From: Azolla caroliniana
Lineage: Eukaryota; Plantae; Polypodiophyta
NCBI GenBank assembly: GCA_043228905.1
Contig: JBHGNT010000015.1
Span: 2,170,001 to 2,234,000 of the forward strand
Length of the DNA: 64,000 bases
Direction: 5' to 3'
The position numbers and the translations under genes were made by a program. A model generated the notes under the pieces. It was not told where the DNA came from, did not search any database, and was given only the letters and a program-made list of their open reading frames with translations. Below, piece by piece: positions 12,401 through 24,800 of this stretch. The first letter of the stretch is position 1. Each line of letters starts with the position of its first letter.

Positions 12401-13480
12401 GGACTGAAACAGGCACCAAGAACATGGCACAGAGAACTTTCAGATTATCTGAAAAAACTTGACTTCAAAATGTCAAAGGTTGATTCATCATTGTATGTTA
12501 AAAGGAAAGATGATTGTATGGTTGTGATTCTGATTTATGTTGATGATCTCATCATTGGAGGTGATTTCATGGATGAGATAAGTAAGCTGAAAAGAAATTT
12601 GGAAATGAGATTTCATATGAAAGATTTGGGAGATCTGAGATATTTTTTGGGCATTGAAATCATCAGATCTGAAAGTGGTGGATGCAAACCTATTGGAGTA
12701 CCACTAGATAAAAACTGCAAATTGAGGGCTGATTTGGGAGCCAAAATAGAAGATGTAAACATGTACAGGTCTATGGTGGGCAGCCTTATTTATTTGACCA
12801 TAACAAGACCTGATTTGAGTTATGCAGTTGGATTAGTCAGCCAATTTATGCAACAGCCAACAAAGTCGCATTTGGACTGCATTAGAAGAATTCTGAGGTA
12901 TGTAAAAGCTACTCAGAACTATGGATTGTTTTACAGGGCTGATTTGGACATAAATCTGGAAGGATATACAGATGCTGATTGGGCTGGAAGCCAAACAGAT
13001 AGAAGATCCACAAGTGGATATATCTTTACATTGGGAAGTGCAGGTATTTCATGGAGTAGCAAGAAACAGGCTACTGTTGCATTGTCTAGTACTGAAGCTG
13101 AGTACAGAGGAGCTGCCATAGCCACTTGTGAAGAGGTATGGATTAGAAGATTGCTTGCTGATTTGGGAGAGTATATAGACGGTACTGTCACAATCTGGTG
13201 TGACAACATGAGCAACATTCAACTTGCAAAGAACCCTGTGTTCCATGCAAGAACAAAGCACATTGAAGTGCATTATCACTTTGTTAGAGAAAAAGTGATT
13301 GGAGGAGAAGTTGATCTGGTGTATGTGAATACAAATCAGCAGGTTGCTAATATTCTCACAAAGGGATTGAGTGTGGAAAAGCATACACAGTTTCGGAACA
13401 TGATGGGAGTTGTAGACATTGATATGATGGCTAAAAAGCATCATGAAAAAGAAGTTGTAGATAACCCCAAGAAAGGATAA
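9402..13480 (+). pseudogene. Copia gag-pol of C2 with two internal deletions and a premature stop
   Basis: ORFs 9390..10586, 10556..11584 and 11711..13480: CWYCGKPGHTQAEC, WYVDSGASNH, RSDGGEY, YVDDL, DADWAG..DRRSTSG, ARTKHIEVHYHF. Compared with C5, segments are missing near 10560-10590 and 12675; TAG at 11582-11584. Confidence 0.92.
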
Positions 13481-13498
13481 GTTGAGCTTGAGGGGGAG

Positions 13499-14062
13499 TG
13501 TTGAGAAGCAAGCTCAACATGGTATGCGATGCTTATTGGGAAATAAGCTATAGTAGTTATTTAGCTACTTGTGAACGTAAAGGAGAAACAGCTAATTAGC
13601 TACTGACAGCTAATTAGCTACTGACAGCTATTTAGCGACTGACAGCTATTTAGCGACTGACAACTATTTAGCAACTGACAGCTATTTAGCTACTGACAAC
13701 TATTTAGCGACTGATAGCTAATTAGCTACAGGCAGCTAATTAGCTGCATACGTAAGTAACTTATTACTTAGGTAGAAAGTAAGAGAGTAAGAAAAAAGAA
13801 GAAGAAGATATACAGGAAGTAGAACTCTGAGAGAGAGATAGTGAGTATAGAGAGAAAGAACTCAGAGAGTGAGAGCAAGAGAGAGAAACAAACGAGAGCA
13901 AGTAGAGCTCTGCGCATAATGAAATAGAAGAAGTTTTGGCTGCTACAGAGGTAAGTCTCCTTCCCCCTTCCCTTCTGTGTTTGAGCACTAAACGATCTAG
14001 CACACCACGATCCGCCGCGCACATAAGAAGAGCTCGAGTGCCTTCTTCACATTTTATTAACA
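13499..14062 (+). repeat. 3' LTR of C2 (564 bp)
   Basis: Matches the 5' LTR but is 54 bp longer, equal to three extra 18-bp units. Confidence 0.93.
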
Positions 14063-14222
14063 AACCATACATCACGGCGGCACGGATGGAGACCAAGGTG
14101 CTAGACAACTGTTCGGCCTACGCAAGAGTCAAGAGCCACGATAGGCGTCACTCGGTCCAATTCCTGACAGTGCGACCAAACCATGAGTGTAACCGCGAGA
14201 CCCTCGGTGACGAAACCTGAGG

Positions 14223-14276
14223 GGATTTTTAGAGAGGGCTATCAAGGCGTGGGGCCGCGATAGTCCGAACACCCCA
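14223..14276 (+). promoter_or_regulatory. Putative -1 ribosomal frameshift signal of family A (also 52455-52510)
   Basis: G GAT TTT directly before the gag-PR TAG; the -1 frame is open into ORF 14334..; downstream stem GGGCTATC/GATAGTCC and possible second stem TGGGG/CCCCA. Confidence 0.65.
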
Positions 14277-14571
14277 GAAAAACCCCACAAATGTACAGTA
14301 CGAAAGAAAATCTGTACCATAGGTAGGAAATTTTTGTTCTCCGACAACGGAGATTGTACTATGGCCGGCGTCAGCGGCCGGGAAAGGAAGCGAGCAGAGG
14401 AGCGGCTAAGGGGATGCGGAGTCCTCTCCCCCGACGAAGAGATCAGCGGCGCCTTGGAGGTTGTCTCTTTTGATGACACCTTGGGCGAGTTGCGAAAGGT
14501 GATCAGTGATAACCTTAGAGAAGACCGGACCGTTCCGGGAGGATCAATGGGAATGTATGAAGTCATCGCGG

Positions 14572-15219
14572 TGTCGTGAAGAAAACCGTCCCTTAGCGCA
14601 ATCGGTGCATAACGCGCGTGAACCGGCTCTTCACGCGTGCGCGCCCTTTAATATATATAATAGAGAATTAGGTACAAAGGTATATCCGGGGTAGTTAGAT
14701 TCAGTAGGTAGGAAGTTAATGAGGGAAACGGCTCCCTTCTTGAAGCTATAATAGAGAGGGAGACGCGGGGAGAGAGGGGGTGCATTGAGGAGGACGAAGT
14801 GTTGTCGGACCAAAACCGAACGCTTCCCCTCTGTTCGTTCTCCATCGCTCTTCTCTGCAGGTTTTCGGGAGGCTCGCGCTGCTTCGAGGAACGCCCGTGT
14901 GCTTCCGGCAGCACCTCCATCCTATCCCCTTTCGTGCACAGAAGAGAAGGCATCGACATCTGTTCGCCGACCTGTTCGGTTGTAACCGCTCGTGTGCTCT
15001 GTTGTTTTAGTGTCATTTGTTAATATACAAACATTCGTGTCTCTCTGTCTCTGTGTCCATTCGTGTCTTCCGCGTTGACAGGCCGTGCCCCTGTGTTTCT
15101 TTGCTCATACGTAACCGGGAGTCTCTCTCTTTCTCTTTCCCCTTCTATCACCTGCTCTTTGGTTCAAGACCCCGGTGGTCCCGCCTCGTTTCTCCACGCA
15201 CGCGCGTAGTAACGCGACA
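14572..15219 (+). mobile_element. Solo LTR of family A inserted in the pol of A2
   Basis: TGTCGTGAAG...AACGCGACA; 4-bp flanks GCGG/ACGG; removing it restores YEVIADFGER as in A3 near 52790. Confidence 0.9.
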
Positions 15220-15223
15220 ACGG

Positions 15224-18200
15224 ACTTCGGGGAAAGGATCGGGTCGGATCGGATGGCCCGCATGGACACAAGGTACAAGACTGTGGACCGGAAGGTGAGG
15301 CCGGTCGCGGGACCCTTGCCAGAGGGCAGCGAGGAGCGGATAAAGGGGGTCGCGTCGGACCCAAGTTTACGAAATCCGGCTGGCATAGGTCATCGGTTCA
15401 CCAACATGACGCTACGGGAGCTCGAGGTCGGTGGGGGTGGCTTTCTACTGCCGGCAAAGGAGAACAGGTTTCGGGGAATGCTTGGAAGGCATGGGAAAGC
15501 CTTCGCGTTCTCGCCGGAGGAGATCGAGTGCGTAGACCCGACGATCGTCGATCCGATGGTGATCTTCACGGTACCACATGTATCGTGGAATCTCAAACTG
15601 ATTCCGGTGCCGAGAGCTCACATCCTGAAGTTGACGGAGCTTCTGAAACAAAAGGTGGAGATCGGCCTCCTCGAACCGTCGAGTGCCCCGTATTCGAATC
15701 GGTGGTTTACAGTGCCGAAGAAGAACGGCACGCTGCGCTTCATTCAGGACCTGCAACCGGTCAACAAGGTGACCATCCGTAATGTAGGAATCGGACTGTC
15801 CATAGACGAATTCGTGGAGGCCTTCGCCGGAAGGTCGATTTACTTTGTTGGTGATCTGTACTCGGGGTACGATCAGTTCCAACTAGCCGTGGAGAGCAGA
15901 GACATTACAACGATGCGAACTCCTCTAGGCCTAGTATGGATGTGTACCCTACCACAAGGAGGGACGAACTCGGTGGCTCACATGGTGAACACAATGAACA
16001 AAGTGCTCAGGGATTGTATCCCGGACATCACCATGCCATTCTTAGACGACATCCCGATCCGGGGATGCTCAGTGGAGGAAAAGGACGAGACAATCGGACC
16101 GGACGGATGTCGGAATTTCGTGGCGACTCACATCGATGACTACGAGAAGGTGCTGTAGAGACTAGAAGGCGCGAGGCTCACCTTCTCCGGAGAAAAATCG
16201 GCGTTCGGGCAGTCAGAGATATTGGTGGTCGGACACCTATGCAGGCCTTACAGTAGGAAACCGTCTCCGGCAAAGGTAGAAGCCATCTCTGCGATGAAGG
16301 ACGACTACGGGTCGGTTACAGAGGTCCGCAGATTCTTGGGGTCGTGCGCGTTCTACCACATCTGGATTCCGCACTACGCGTATGTTGCGGAGCCGCTATA
16401 CAGGTTATTGAAGAAAGGGTGTAGGTTTGAGTGGAGGACGGAGCACATGAAGTTGGTCCGAAGACTAAAGGAGGCGCTTACAGTAGCACCAGCTCTCCGT
16501 AAAGCAGCTTACGGCAAGGCCGTCCCCATCTACGTGACAGTGAACATGAGCCTGACCGGGATCGGGTGGGTGATCAACCAAGAGGATGACGTTGGCACAA
16601 GGTTCCCCATCCGGTTCGGCGCCAAGGTCCTCAGTGAGCGATAGCGAGGATACGCCCAGGTTAAACGCGAACTCTAGGGTGTCGTTTCGGCGGTGAAGGC
16701 CTATAAAGACTACCTGATCGGGACAGAGGTAATAATCGAGATGGACTGCCTGCCGATTCTCGGCATGGTTTTTGGATGCACGATGCCGGACCTGGCAATG
16801 CTCCGATGGATAGCGTACATCAAGTCCCTGAATCCGGAGATACGACACATTTCCGGAAAGGACAATGCCATGGCCGACATGCTCTCAAGGGTGAAGTTCG
16901 AAAACGAAGACGACATGGTTTAGGAGGACGAGGAAGTCAGCATAGATTTCTTCGAGTCGGCTAATGTGACGATGAGAAAAGGGGACACTCCGGCACTTAA
17001 CGAATTTGACAAGAGCAAGTATGACGGGGCTCTAGATCGGCGGGCTCCTGAAAACAATGACACTGGATGCGGTGTGGACAAAGGAAGAGACCAACCGGAT
17101 CCGGAAGAAAGCGTACCGATTCTTCCTTCGGGACGGGTACATATGGAAGCACCCAAAGAAGAGGGACGCCATCCCGCTCCGAGTGGTGGTGAAGAAGGAG
17201 GAACAAGAGGAGTTGCTGGAGGCTGACCATGAGAGTCCCTGGGCCGGACACCGCGGGACGTGGGCCACGTTCGAGAAGCTAAAGGGGAAGTACTGGTGGT
17301 CGGGACTATACCGGGACGTGCATCAGTTCGTGATGACTTGCGAAAGCTGTCAGATGCACTCCATAGTCCGACACCGGGATGAGCTACACCCGACCTACCC
17401 GCCTACGGTCCATTTGAAGTGGATGGTGGATTTGGTGACGATGTCGATGTCAATGGGGGTAGGACAGATGTGATACCTAGTGCTTGCACGGGAAGACTTA
17501 AAGAACCAGTTGGAAGGCCGTGCACTACAGAACAAGACAACCGCGGCGGTATGCCGGTTCCTGATCGAAGAGGTAGTGTGTCGGTACGGGTGCATCAGGA
17601 GGATTGTGTCGGACCGGGGGGAGCTAGATGCGCGGGAAGTTTAGGAGCTGTTCGACCGGCTAGGCGTCAAACTCTCCCTCACTACGGCATACAATCCAGA
17701 GGCTAACGGGAAGGTGGAGCGCGGATACGGGCCGATCGTCAAAGCGCTAGTACGGGCATGTGAAGGCCAAGTCGGGAACTGGCCGCGGCTACTACCTTAT
17801 ACCTTGTGGGCGGACCGAACTACGCACAGTTCGGTAACCGAGTTCATGCCGGCAGAGCTTATGTACGAACAGAAGCCGATCATGGCAACAAAGCGAACCG
17901 TCTCCTCATGGGTCACAGTGGACTGGAGAGATGAGATGAGCCGGGAGGAGCTGCTGGCGGCACGGATTCGACAGCTCGAGCAAAGGCCGGAGGACGTGGA
18001 ACGAGCCGCGGAGAAGCTTCGGTTGGCAAGGTTGAAGAACAAAGGGCAGTTTGACCAGACTCACCGACTGCGACCGAAGAAAATCAAGGAAGGCGATTGG
18101 TTCCTAGTGTATGACAACAACCTCGACAACCAACATAGGGCAACGCGGAAGTTTGCAAGGAGGTGGTTCGGGCCTTACGTGGTCACAGGCGCCAACGACA

Positions 18201-18370
18201 ACGGGACCTACCATCTTCCAGAGCTCGACGGTACGAGGATGACAGTACCGGTAGCGGGGAAGAGGGTCAAAGCGTTCAAGAAATGACACAAGTGCGAGCC
18301 GGATTTGGAAAGCATGGACGGCGACGATGGGCGGTCCGAGGCGGATGACGATCCGGAAGACGAGGAGTAA
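15224..18370 (+). pseudogene. Gypsy pol (RT-RNase H-integrase) of A2
   Basis: ORFs 15175..16158, 16222..16644, 16693..16923, 17057..17473 and 17714..18286 separated by stops and frameshifts; no chromodomain seen. Confidence 0.9.
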
Positions 18371-18509
18371 AGCATGGACCGGTTTTCTCCAGCAAGAGCC
18401 ACATTTTGGCGCATACTGGTGGATGTGCGGTTAGGTGGGGGCGGATGTCGTGAAGATAACCGTCCCTAGGCGGAAACCGAGTTCAACGTGTGTAAACCGG
18501 CCCTTTTAG

Positions 18510-19651
18510 TGGTGTCGAATATCGAGGGGTGACTGTCGCTACGTGCGAAGTCATTTGGCTGAAACGGCTATTACGGGATCTGCATGTAGAGGTGTCCGAT
18601 CCGACGACGATCTATTGCAACAACCTCAGCAGTATCCACCTTGCGAAAAACCCTGTATTCCACGCCCGGACCAAGCACATTGAGGTGCATTACCTTTTGT
18701 CTGCGAACGGGTCCTTTCAGGTGAAGTCGAACTAGCGTATGTTTCGACAGATCGACAGGTTGCGGACCTTTTCACCAAGCCTCTTGGTCTCGACAAGTTA
18801 CGGCATTTCTCAGGTGACCTTGGGTTGCGTCACCTCGACACGCCGAACTTGAGGGGGAGACAAGAACAAGAGAGTGAAAGGAGAGGAGGTGATCATCGCG
18901 GCGGAAGTGACTATGATGCGGAGTCGGATGTAGAATTCGATTTCGGACCGGCTGAAGAAGCCGAAGAAGAGATCAAGGATCATAATCGTAGGGAAGAGCA
19001 GAGGACAGCCGAATCAAGGGCAGGTAAGACCAAGACCAAGATGTGGTCTGACATTGTCAAAGGCCTAAAGACTAAAGATGAATTGGAGACAGCCAATTCG
19101 GATGAAAGCGGAATTGAATCGGAAACGTTCAATTTGGTTACTACGAATCGACTAAGGGCCAAGTGGAGAAAAGGGCAGCAAAGGACGCGTCAACACCGTG
19201 ACATCAAGGGAGCTGAGAAGGGCCTAACAAGCAGACAAGCCAACCGGAAGGGTCAAAGCGCACGGAATCAAACGGGTTGAGGAGCGCAACCAAGGCGTGA
19301 AACCAAAAGGAACCAAAGCGTAGATCCGGAAGAGTGGACGGAACCTCAAGTTGAGCTTGAGGTGGAGTGTTGAGTGACAAGCTCAACATTGGGTGCGTAA
19401 CCCAATGCGTAGACTAGGCGCATAAAATAGTATACATAATGTGGCCGTATCGGTGTGAAAACCGAAAGGCCATTAGTATGGTATTCCTCGTAAGGAATAA
19501 TTTTGGGAGTTAGTGTAGTAGGCTCATTTATGAGCAGTCAAGTACTGTTAGTACTTGTGTCAGCCCGATAGTCAGGGCTTGTATAAAAGGTGCTCATTGA
19601 GCACGAAGTATGTACAAAGTGTCATTATTTTGAAATAGAACTAAGTTGTCT

Positions 19652-19703
<52 letters not shown>

Positions 19704-19797
19704 TCCATCTCTGCGTTTTCTGTGTTTTACCAAACTATCGTTCTCCAAACTATGTACTCTGTGTTTCGCATACGCTTCCGCACACGTATTCTTTACA
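18510..19797 (+). mobile_element. Copia 3' fragment C3: RNase H end, 3' extension, PPT and 3' LTR (19368-19797)
   Basis: VATCEVIWLKRLL..KNPVFHARTKHIEVHY; TTGAGGTGGAG then TGTTGAG...TTTACA with TATA and (CT)n, resembling the C5 LTR. Confidence 0.85.
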
Positions 19798-21887
19798 TAC
19801 AACCGCCGAGATTTCGAAGCGATGGCCACCAACAACAATCCCTAGTTTCCAAATCAACCCTAACGGTCTGACAGAGCGGTGTCAGCCATGCGGAGCCAAA
19901 CAGGGCACGCTTCCTAGTTTATGATTCCCAATCGTGCGCATGTGATCGTACTAATGAAATTGACACCTAATCCCCCATCAACGATACATCCCGTGATTTC
20001 CTGTCCTTGTAATACCAGCTTAATGGCTGGATTGTGATGATCGATGACTGTTGGATCGGTACGAGTCTCCACAAAATTTGCCGAAACCTCTACTCCAAGT
20101 GTGCCCGTCATGCGATTTTCAACCGCCTGAAGGAATTGGGGTACTAGTCGGAGAAGCTTCTCCATGGTCATTGTTATCTCGGAGGCGGCCAATGCTTGCC
20201 ATATGGAGTCCAGTGATGTTGTGCCCTCCACTATTGTCGAACTGGCGCGTGCGGACTCCTGCTTCATATGCACCACGTTTGCAGAATTTGCTTTTTCTAC
20301 CCGGTCCTTGGCTGCTTTGCATATTTCATCTTGTTCAGCCTAGTCTGCGTTCTTCGCTTGTTGTCATGTGGTGACCTGTTGTACTTCTGCCACGATTGCA
20401 TTCACGGCGGCCTCTTTTCCTTTGCGGCGTGGGCACTGTGTCGCGTAATGTTCGAGTTGTTGGCATACAAAACAATGTATGCTGGACTCTCCTCTTTCCA
20501 CTACTGGCAGTGTATTCATATTCGCAGGTGCAGCTTGCTCCTCCCGATTTTGTTGCGTTCTCCTCTTATTCCGGGGTGGTTGATGTTGGTCCCAGCGTGA
20601 CTCTTGACACCGATCATCCTCCGAACTCTTGTCATAACGCCGTTAGTCCCTATACTGTCTGTTGTTTCCATGTGAGCGAGGCTTGTTGAATCGCCCACGA
20701 TTGTTTGCCGAACGGCGATTGTCGTAACGAAGACCCCTCAATTATACCGAATAGTATTCCTATATTCGTCATCCTCCCGATCTTCTTCCACAGAATATGG
20801 GTCGTTGGGACAACAATTTTGGAATGGGCGCTCTTGGCGTTGATTTCGGTCCACATACTGAAAGTGATCCTCCTGCCATTCTTGACCATTTGTGCGATAT
20901 TGCCGTTGTGGTTCCATGTGCCGTACAACGGATGTCGGTCTGTTAAGCATATTGTAATCACATTGCTCCACCGTGTGCGCCTTTGAGTGGCAAATCAGGC
21001 AATGCATTCGCATATTGCATTCCACCACGAAATGCCCTGAGTTTAAGCAGATTGTACATTGAACAACCTGGCAAAAACGATGTTCCTCATCATGAGGCAA
21101 CGCTTGACGTAACGATGACATGGAAAATCCGTCATCTTCCTCTTCCAATTCAAGCTGTGATGCTCGCTCGATAACCATATTGGTTGTTTCCCCTTTCCCA
21201 CTATGTGTGTTAAGAGTCGTCCTGATAGGTCATCGTAGGGCTGCCAAAAACGTTTCCTTAGCCTCCTCATCTGCCGAGGCCCGTGTAAGCTGCCATCGTA
21301 GACTCTGGAAAAGTAGAATAAAATATGCGACAGATTCCGTCGGTGACTGCTTGATTGTATAGAATTGCCCGATGATTTCTCGTTGTGGTAGCCTCCTATG
21401 AAAAAACCGCAAGAATGTTGATTGCAGTTGATTGAAGGTTGTGATTGCTTCCACGTCCATCTGAGAGTGCCAACACGCTGCTCGACCATCCAGAGTCAAT
21501 CCGAACTCTGCTATCTTCGAGGCATGAGCTTCAGCTTCTGGAAACCCCTGTGCTATGTGATTGGCATTCCAAGCATTGAGAAACAGCCGGATGTGGCTGG
21601 CGGCGTTTGTTTCGTCGTTGAATCGAGGGTAGGAGAAACTCATTCTGGATGCTATGGTGGCAGTCGGCAGGGGAAGACCGCATCTTTTGTGTGGTGAGAG
21701 AGCTCCTTTGTTGCTCGTTTGTGAGAAATCATAGATCATCAAGCGTGCCAAAAGTGTTGTCAGCGTACCGTCGACTAGAACATCGTCTACCCACAGTCCT
21801 TTGAGGTAGGCATCAAGGGGTTACATTAGAAGGAATAGAGAGGCGCATGGTGTACGTTCGCACCTTACTTGTTACTGAAGGGTACGT
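19798..21887 (-). mobile_element. Gypsy family B copy B1: decayed gag-protease, PBS and part of the 5' LTR (21755-21887)
   Basis: KIAEFGLTLDGRA..W, CTICLNSGHFVVEC, CLICHSKAHTVEQC, CIVDGGLGVN, homologous to 29200-30930; PBS-like TGGCACGC at 21743-21750. Confidence 0.8.
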
Positions 21888-24800
21888 TGTCGCGTTGTTA
21901 TGCGCGTGCGTGGAGAAAGGCGGGACCACGGGGGTCTTGGACTAGGGAGTGACGGAGCGTAGGAAGTCGTGCTTCACCGTTTCCGGGGATCCCAGAAGAA
22001 CGCCGAAAGCGACCGAAGGGAGAGAGAGAAAGAGAGGGAGCGCGCGCTTAACACCGACTCACGCACACACACGCACACACACACACATGCCGACCTGCCT
22101 CACGCCCTTATGTACAAGAAACGCAGGAAAGGGGAAGCACCCGACACCAACAGAGACGCGAATATACACAAACAGACGCAAATGTATATATATAAAAGGA
22201 AGAATACATTCCCGGCTTCGAGCCGGACCAAGGTAGGTTACAATAGTCGTCAGCCGCCAAGCCGCCGTCGGGGAGCTCACGGGCTCGTCGCGCCGAGCGG
22301 GGTCTTGCGCAGGAGAGGATCTGAAGCAAACCCTAAGCGAACACGAAGGGGGGAGAAGAAGAAGAAATGTAACTAACCCTAAATCTAACGGTATACCCTC
22401 TAATGCAAAATGGGCAACCCTTTCACAAAGGCCGCTCCCTTCCTTTTATAGAACAAGGGGAGGGATGCGTTACAATGTGGGATAAATCCCGACTTGCATG
22501 GGATCGTTTGTCCCGACTTGACTACTCTTCGGCGCCTTAAAGGCGCCCTCGTTATTCACACTAAATGTACAAGGGGGTGAGCACACACGCTGCCCCCACC
22601 GATGTAGCCAATGTTTCACGGTTTCCGCCTCTGGCCGAAATTCTTCACGACATCCGCCCCCACCTAACTGCACGTCCACCGGTACGTGCCAAATCTGGTT
22701 GAAGGGTGAGAGATTTCGGCCGGTGAGAAACCGGTCTTCCGTAATCCGCATCCCGGCTCGTTGCCAGTTTGATCCGTTGGCTTCGGTTCTTCCTTCGCGC
22801 TTACCTCCCCGTAGGCTCGTTCGACCCGTCGATGGGTCCTCCACCGCAATCTCCGTAGTACGCGTACTTCCGCTGGCCCGAACACCCCGCTTCCTGCCGT
22901 AAGCCCGATGTCCCCTGCTTGGGGAACGCCCGTAGCGGCCCGCTTGGCCTCCGTTGATCATTCGCGTCGTCTTGTTTGCCATCCCATGTTGTTTCGCGTT
23001 GCCCTCGTCCTCTCACCGCCACCTTCCTTCTCCATGGTCTTACATTGCCGCGTCGGCTCGAACCACCATGGTCTCTGGAACGGTGTGGAGGATCCCTTTC
23101 TGGCCTTCTTCACGCTACCTCTGAACCGCGCAAACTGTCTCCGCTCTCGCCTTCCCGCTCTCCCCGTAGTAGCCCGCTTGGCCCTTCCCGTCTTCGTGCT
23201 GCTGCAACAGGTCCCGAGTCTTCCGCTTGCCGTTGTCCCCTCGCCCCCACCAGCTTGTCACCCCGGGCTTGCCGTGTCATACTTCGCTACTTCGACGAAG
23301 CTCTCGAGATCTATGAAGCGAGTGTGGAGGATCCTCCTCCGGCCTCTCTTGTCATCCCCTGACTCTAACCCTGTGCAGTCCGCTACGTCACCTCGTTCCC
23401 GACACCTCCCTTGTGTCGTCTTCCGCCCGTGCCGAACATCGTCCCACAGTCACGCTTCAATCCGGCCCGCGATGGCCACTTGCGAGACTCTTGTTCCGTC
23501 CCAGGTGTGCCTTTCCGGCCTGACACACCTCCCTGTGTTTGCCCCTACCGGCTCCTTCCGAAACCGTAACCGGCCGGTGAGGGTTTCACACTTCGTCTGC
23601 TCGTCTTACCGGCTCCCTATCCGCTACCTCGTGTTGTCGGGTCCCGTTCCCTGCCGCCACAGTCCTTCTCCCTCGATCTCACGTTGCCACGTTGGCCGAA
23701 CTGCCGGAGTCTCCGGATCGGTGTGAGGGTCCCGTAGGACCGGACTCCGTTTCTATGCTTGCCGAAATTCGGGTGTCTTTTGTTTGAGTCCCTCCCTGAC
23801 TCTCCTCGTGTCTTCCGCGTAGTCGGGTCCCATTTCCCGCCGTCACCAACCTTCTCTCTCGGTCTCATGTTGCCACGTTGGCCGAACTACCGGAGTCTCT
23901 GGTTAAGTGTGGGGATCCCATAGGACCGGACTTCCTTACGCCCACTGACCTTGCCGGAAGGTCCGATTTGGTTCGTGGCCGCCTCGCCGTCCTGATACCT
24001 CCTTGCCGTTCGTCGCCTCCTGCCGTCCGATCATGTTCTCCTGCCGCCACCGATCTCCCCTATAGGACTCACGCCGGCTCTCGAGCCGACCACCGGATCG
24101 GTGTGAGGATCTCAGTAGACCGCCCATCCGTAGCCCTTTTCCCCTTCGTCACCTCGCTGCCACCGTCAGTATCTTCGTCTTACGTCAACCGTATTGCTGA
24201 CCGCCGAAGTCTCTAGAACCGGTGTGAAGGATCCTCCTCCGGCCTCCGTTTTGTCTTCCTGACCCTGTCCCGGGTCGTCCTACGCCGAGAGGGCGGTTTG
24301 CTCCGCACCCTCTCCCATGGTACCGACGTACCGTCTCCTCGGCCTCTCCGTACGCTCGCTCTTTTCCTCCCTCCCGGAATGGTCATCCAGGAGTCCGCTC
24401 CGCCCGGTTCTCGTCCGGGTCCGTCCGTCCTTCTCCGTATTGCCGGGTCCCGTTCTCCTGTCGCCACCAGCCTTCTCCCTAGGTCTCACGTTGCCACGTT
24501 GGCCGAACTGCCGGGGCCTCCGGACTGGTGTGGGGATCCTGTAGGACCGGACTTCGTTCTCCTCTTCATCCCTTGTACTTCTCCCGAACTCGTCGCTTCT
24601 CTCCTTCTCGCGTACTTGCCTCCATCCTCCATCTCTTTCGGTCTCATGTTGCCACGTTGGCCGAACTGCCGAAGTCTCCGGATAAGATGTGGCGTCACCG
24701 ATTTCGCAACGTCTTTTTGCAACTCGTCCGGGACACCGCCCCTTTTAGTGGTGTCGGTGGATAGCATCTACTCTGTGATCAATCAAGCCCCGCCTGAGCT

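Larger units (their letters stand above)
8751..14062 (+). mobile_element. Ty1/Copia element C2 with both LTRs and a 5-bp TSD AACCA
   Basis: LTRs 8751-9260 and 13499-14062; TSD at 8746-8750 and 14063-14067; PBS TGGTATCAGAGC at 9261-9272; PPT TTGAGGGGGAG before 13499. Confidence 0.96.
7719..18505 (+). mobile_element. Gypsy family A copy A2 (decayed; interrupted by A1, C2 and a solo LTR; 3' LTR truncated after ~60 bp)
   Basis: gag end and protease (ALVDHGSEINLM) at 7719-8750 plus 14068-14232; RT (DLYSGYDQ, LPQGGTNSV, PFLDDIPI), RNase H and integrase (HESPWAGH..CESCQ, GPY) at 15224-18370; PPT GGTTAGGTGGGGGCGGA, then LTR start TGTCGTGAAG at 18446. Confidence 0.88.

Noticed and set aside
18501-18517. 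17-bp identity CCCTTTTAGTGGTGTCG with 24740-24756, possible filler DNA at a junction
   Set aside because: One short match with no extension in a repeat-rich 64 kb window can arise by chance.
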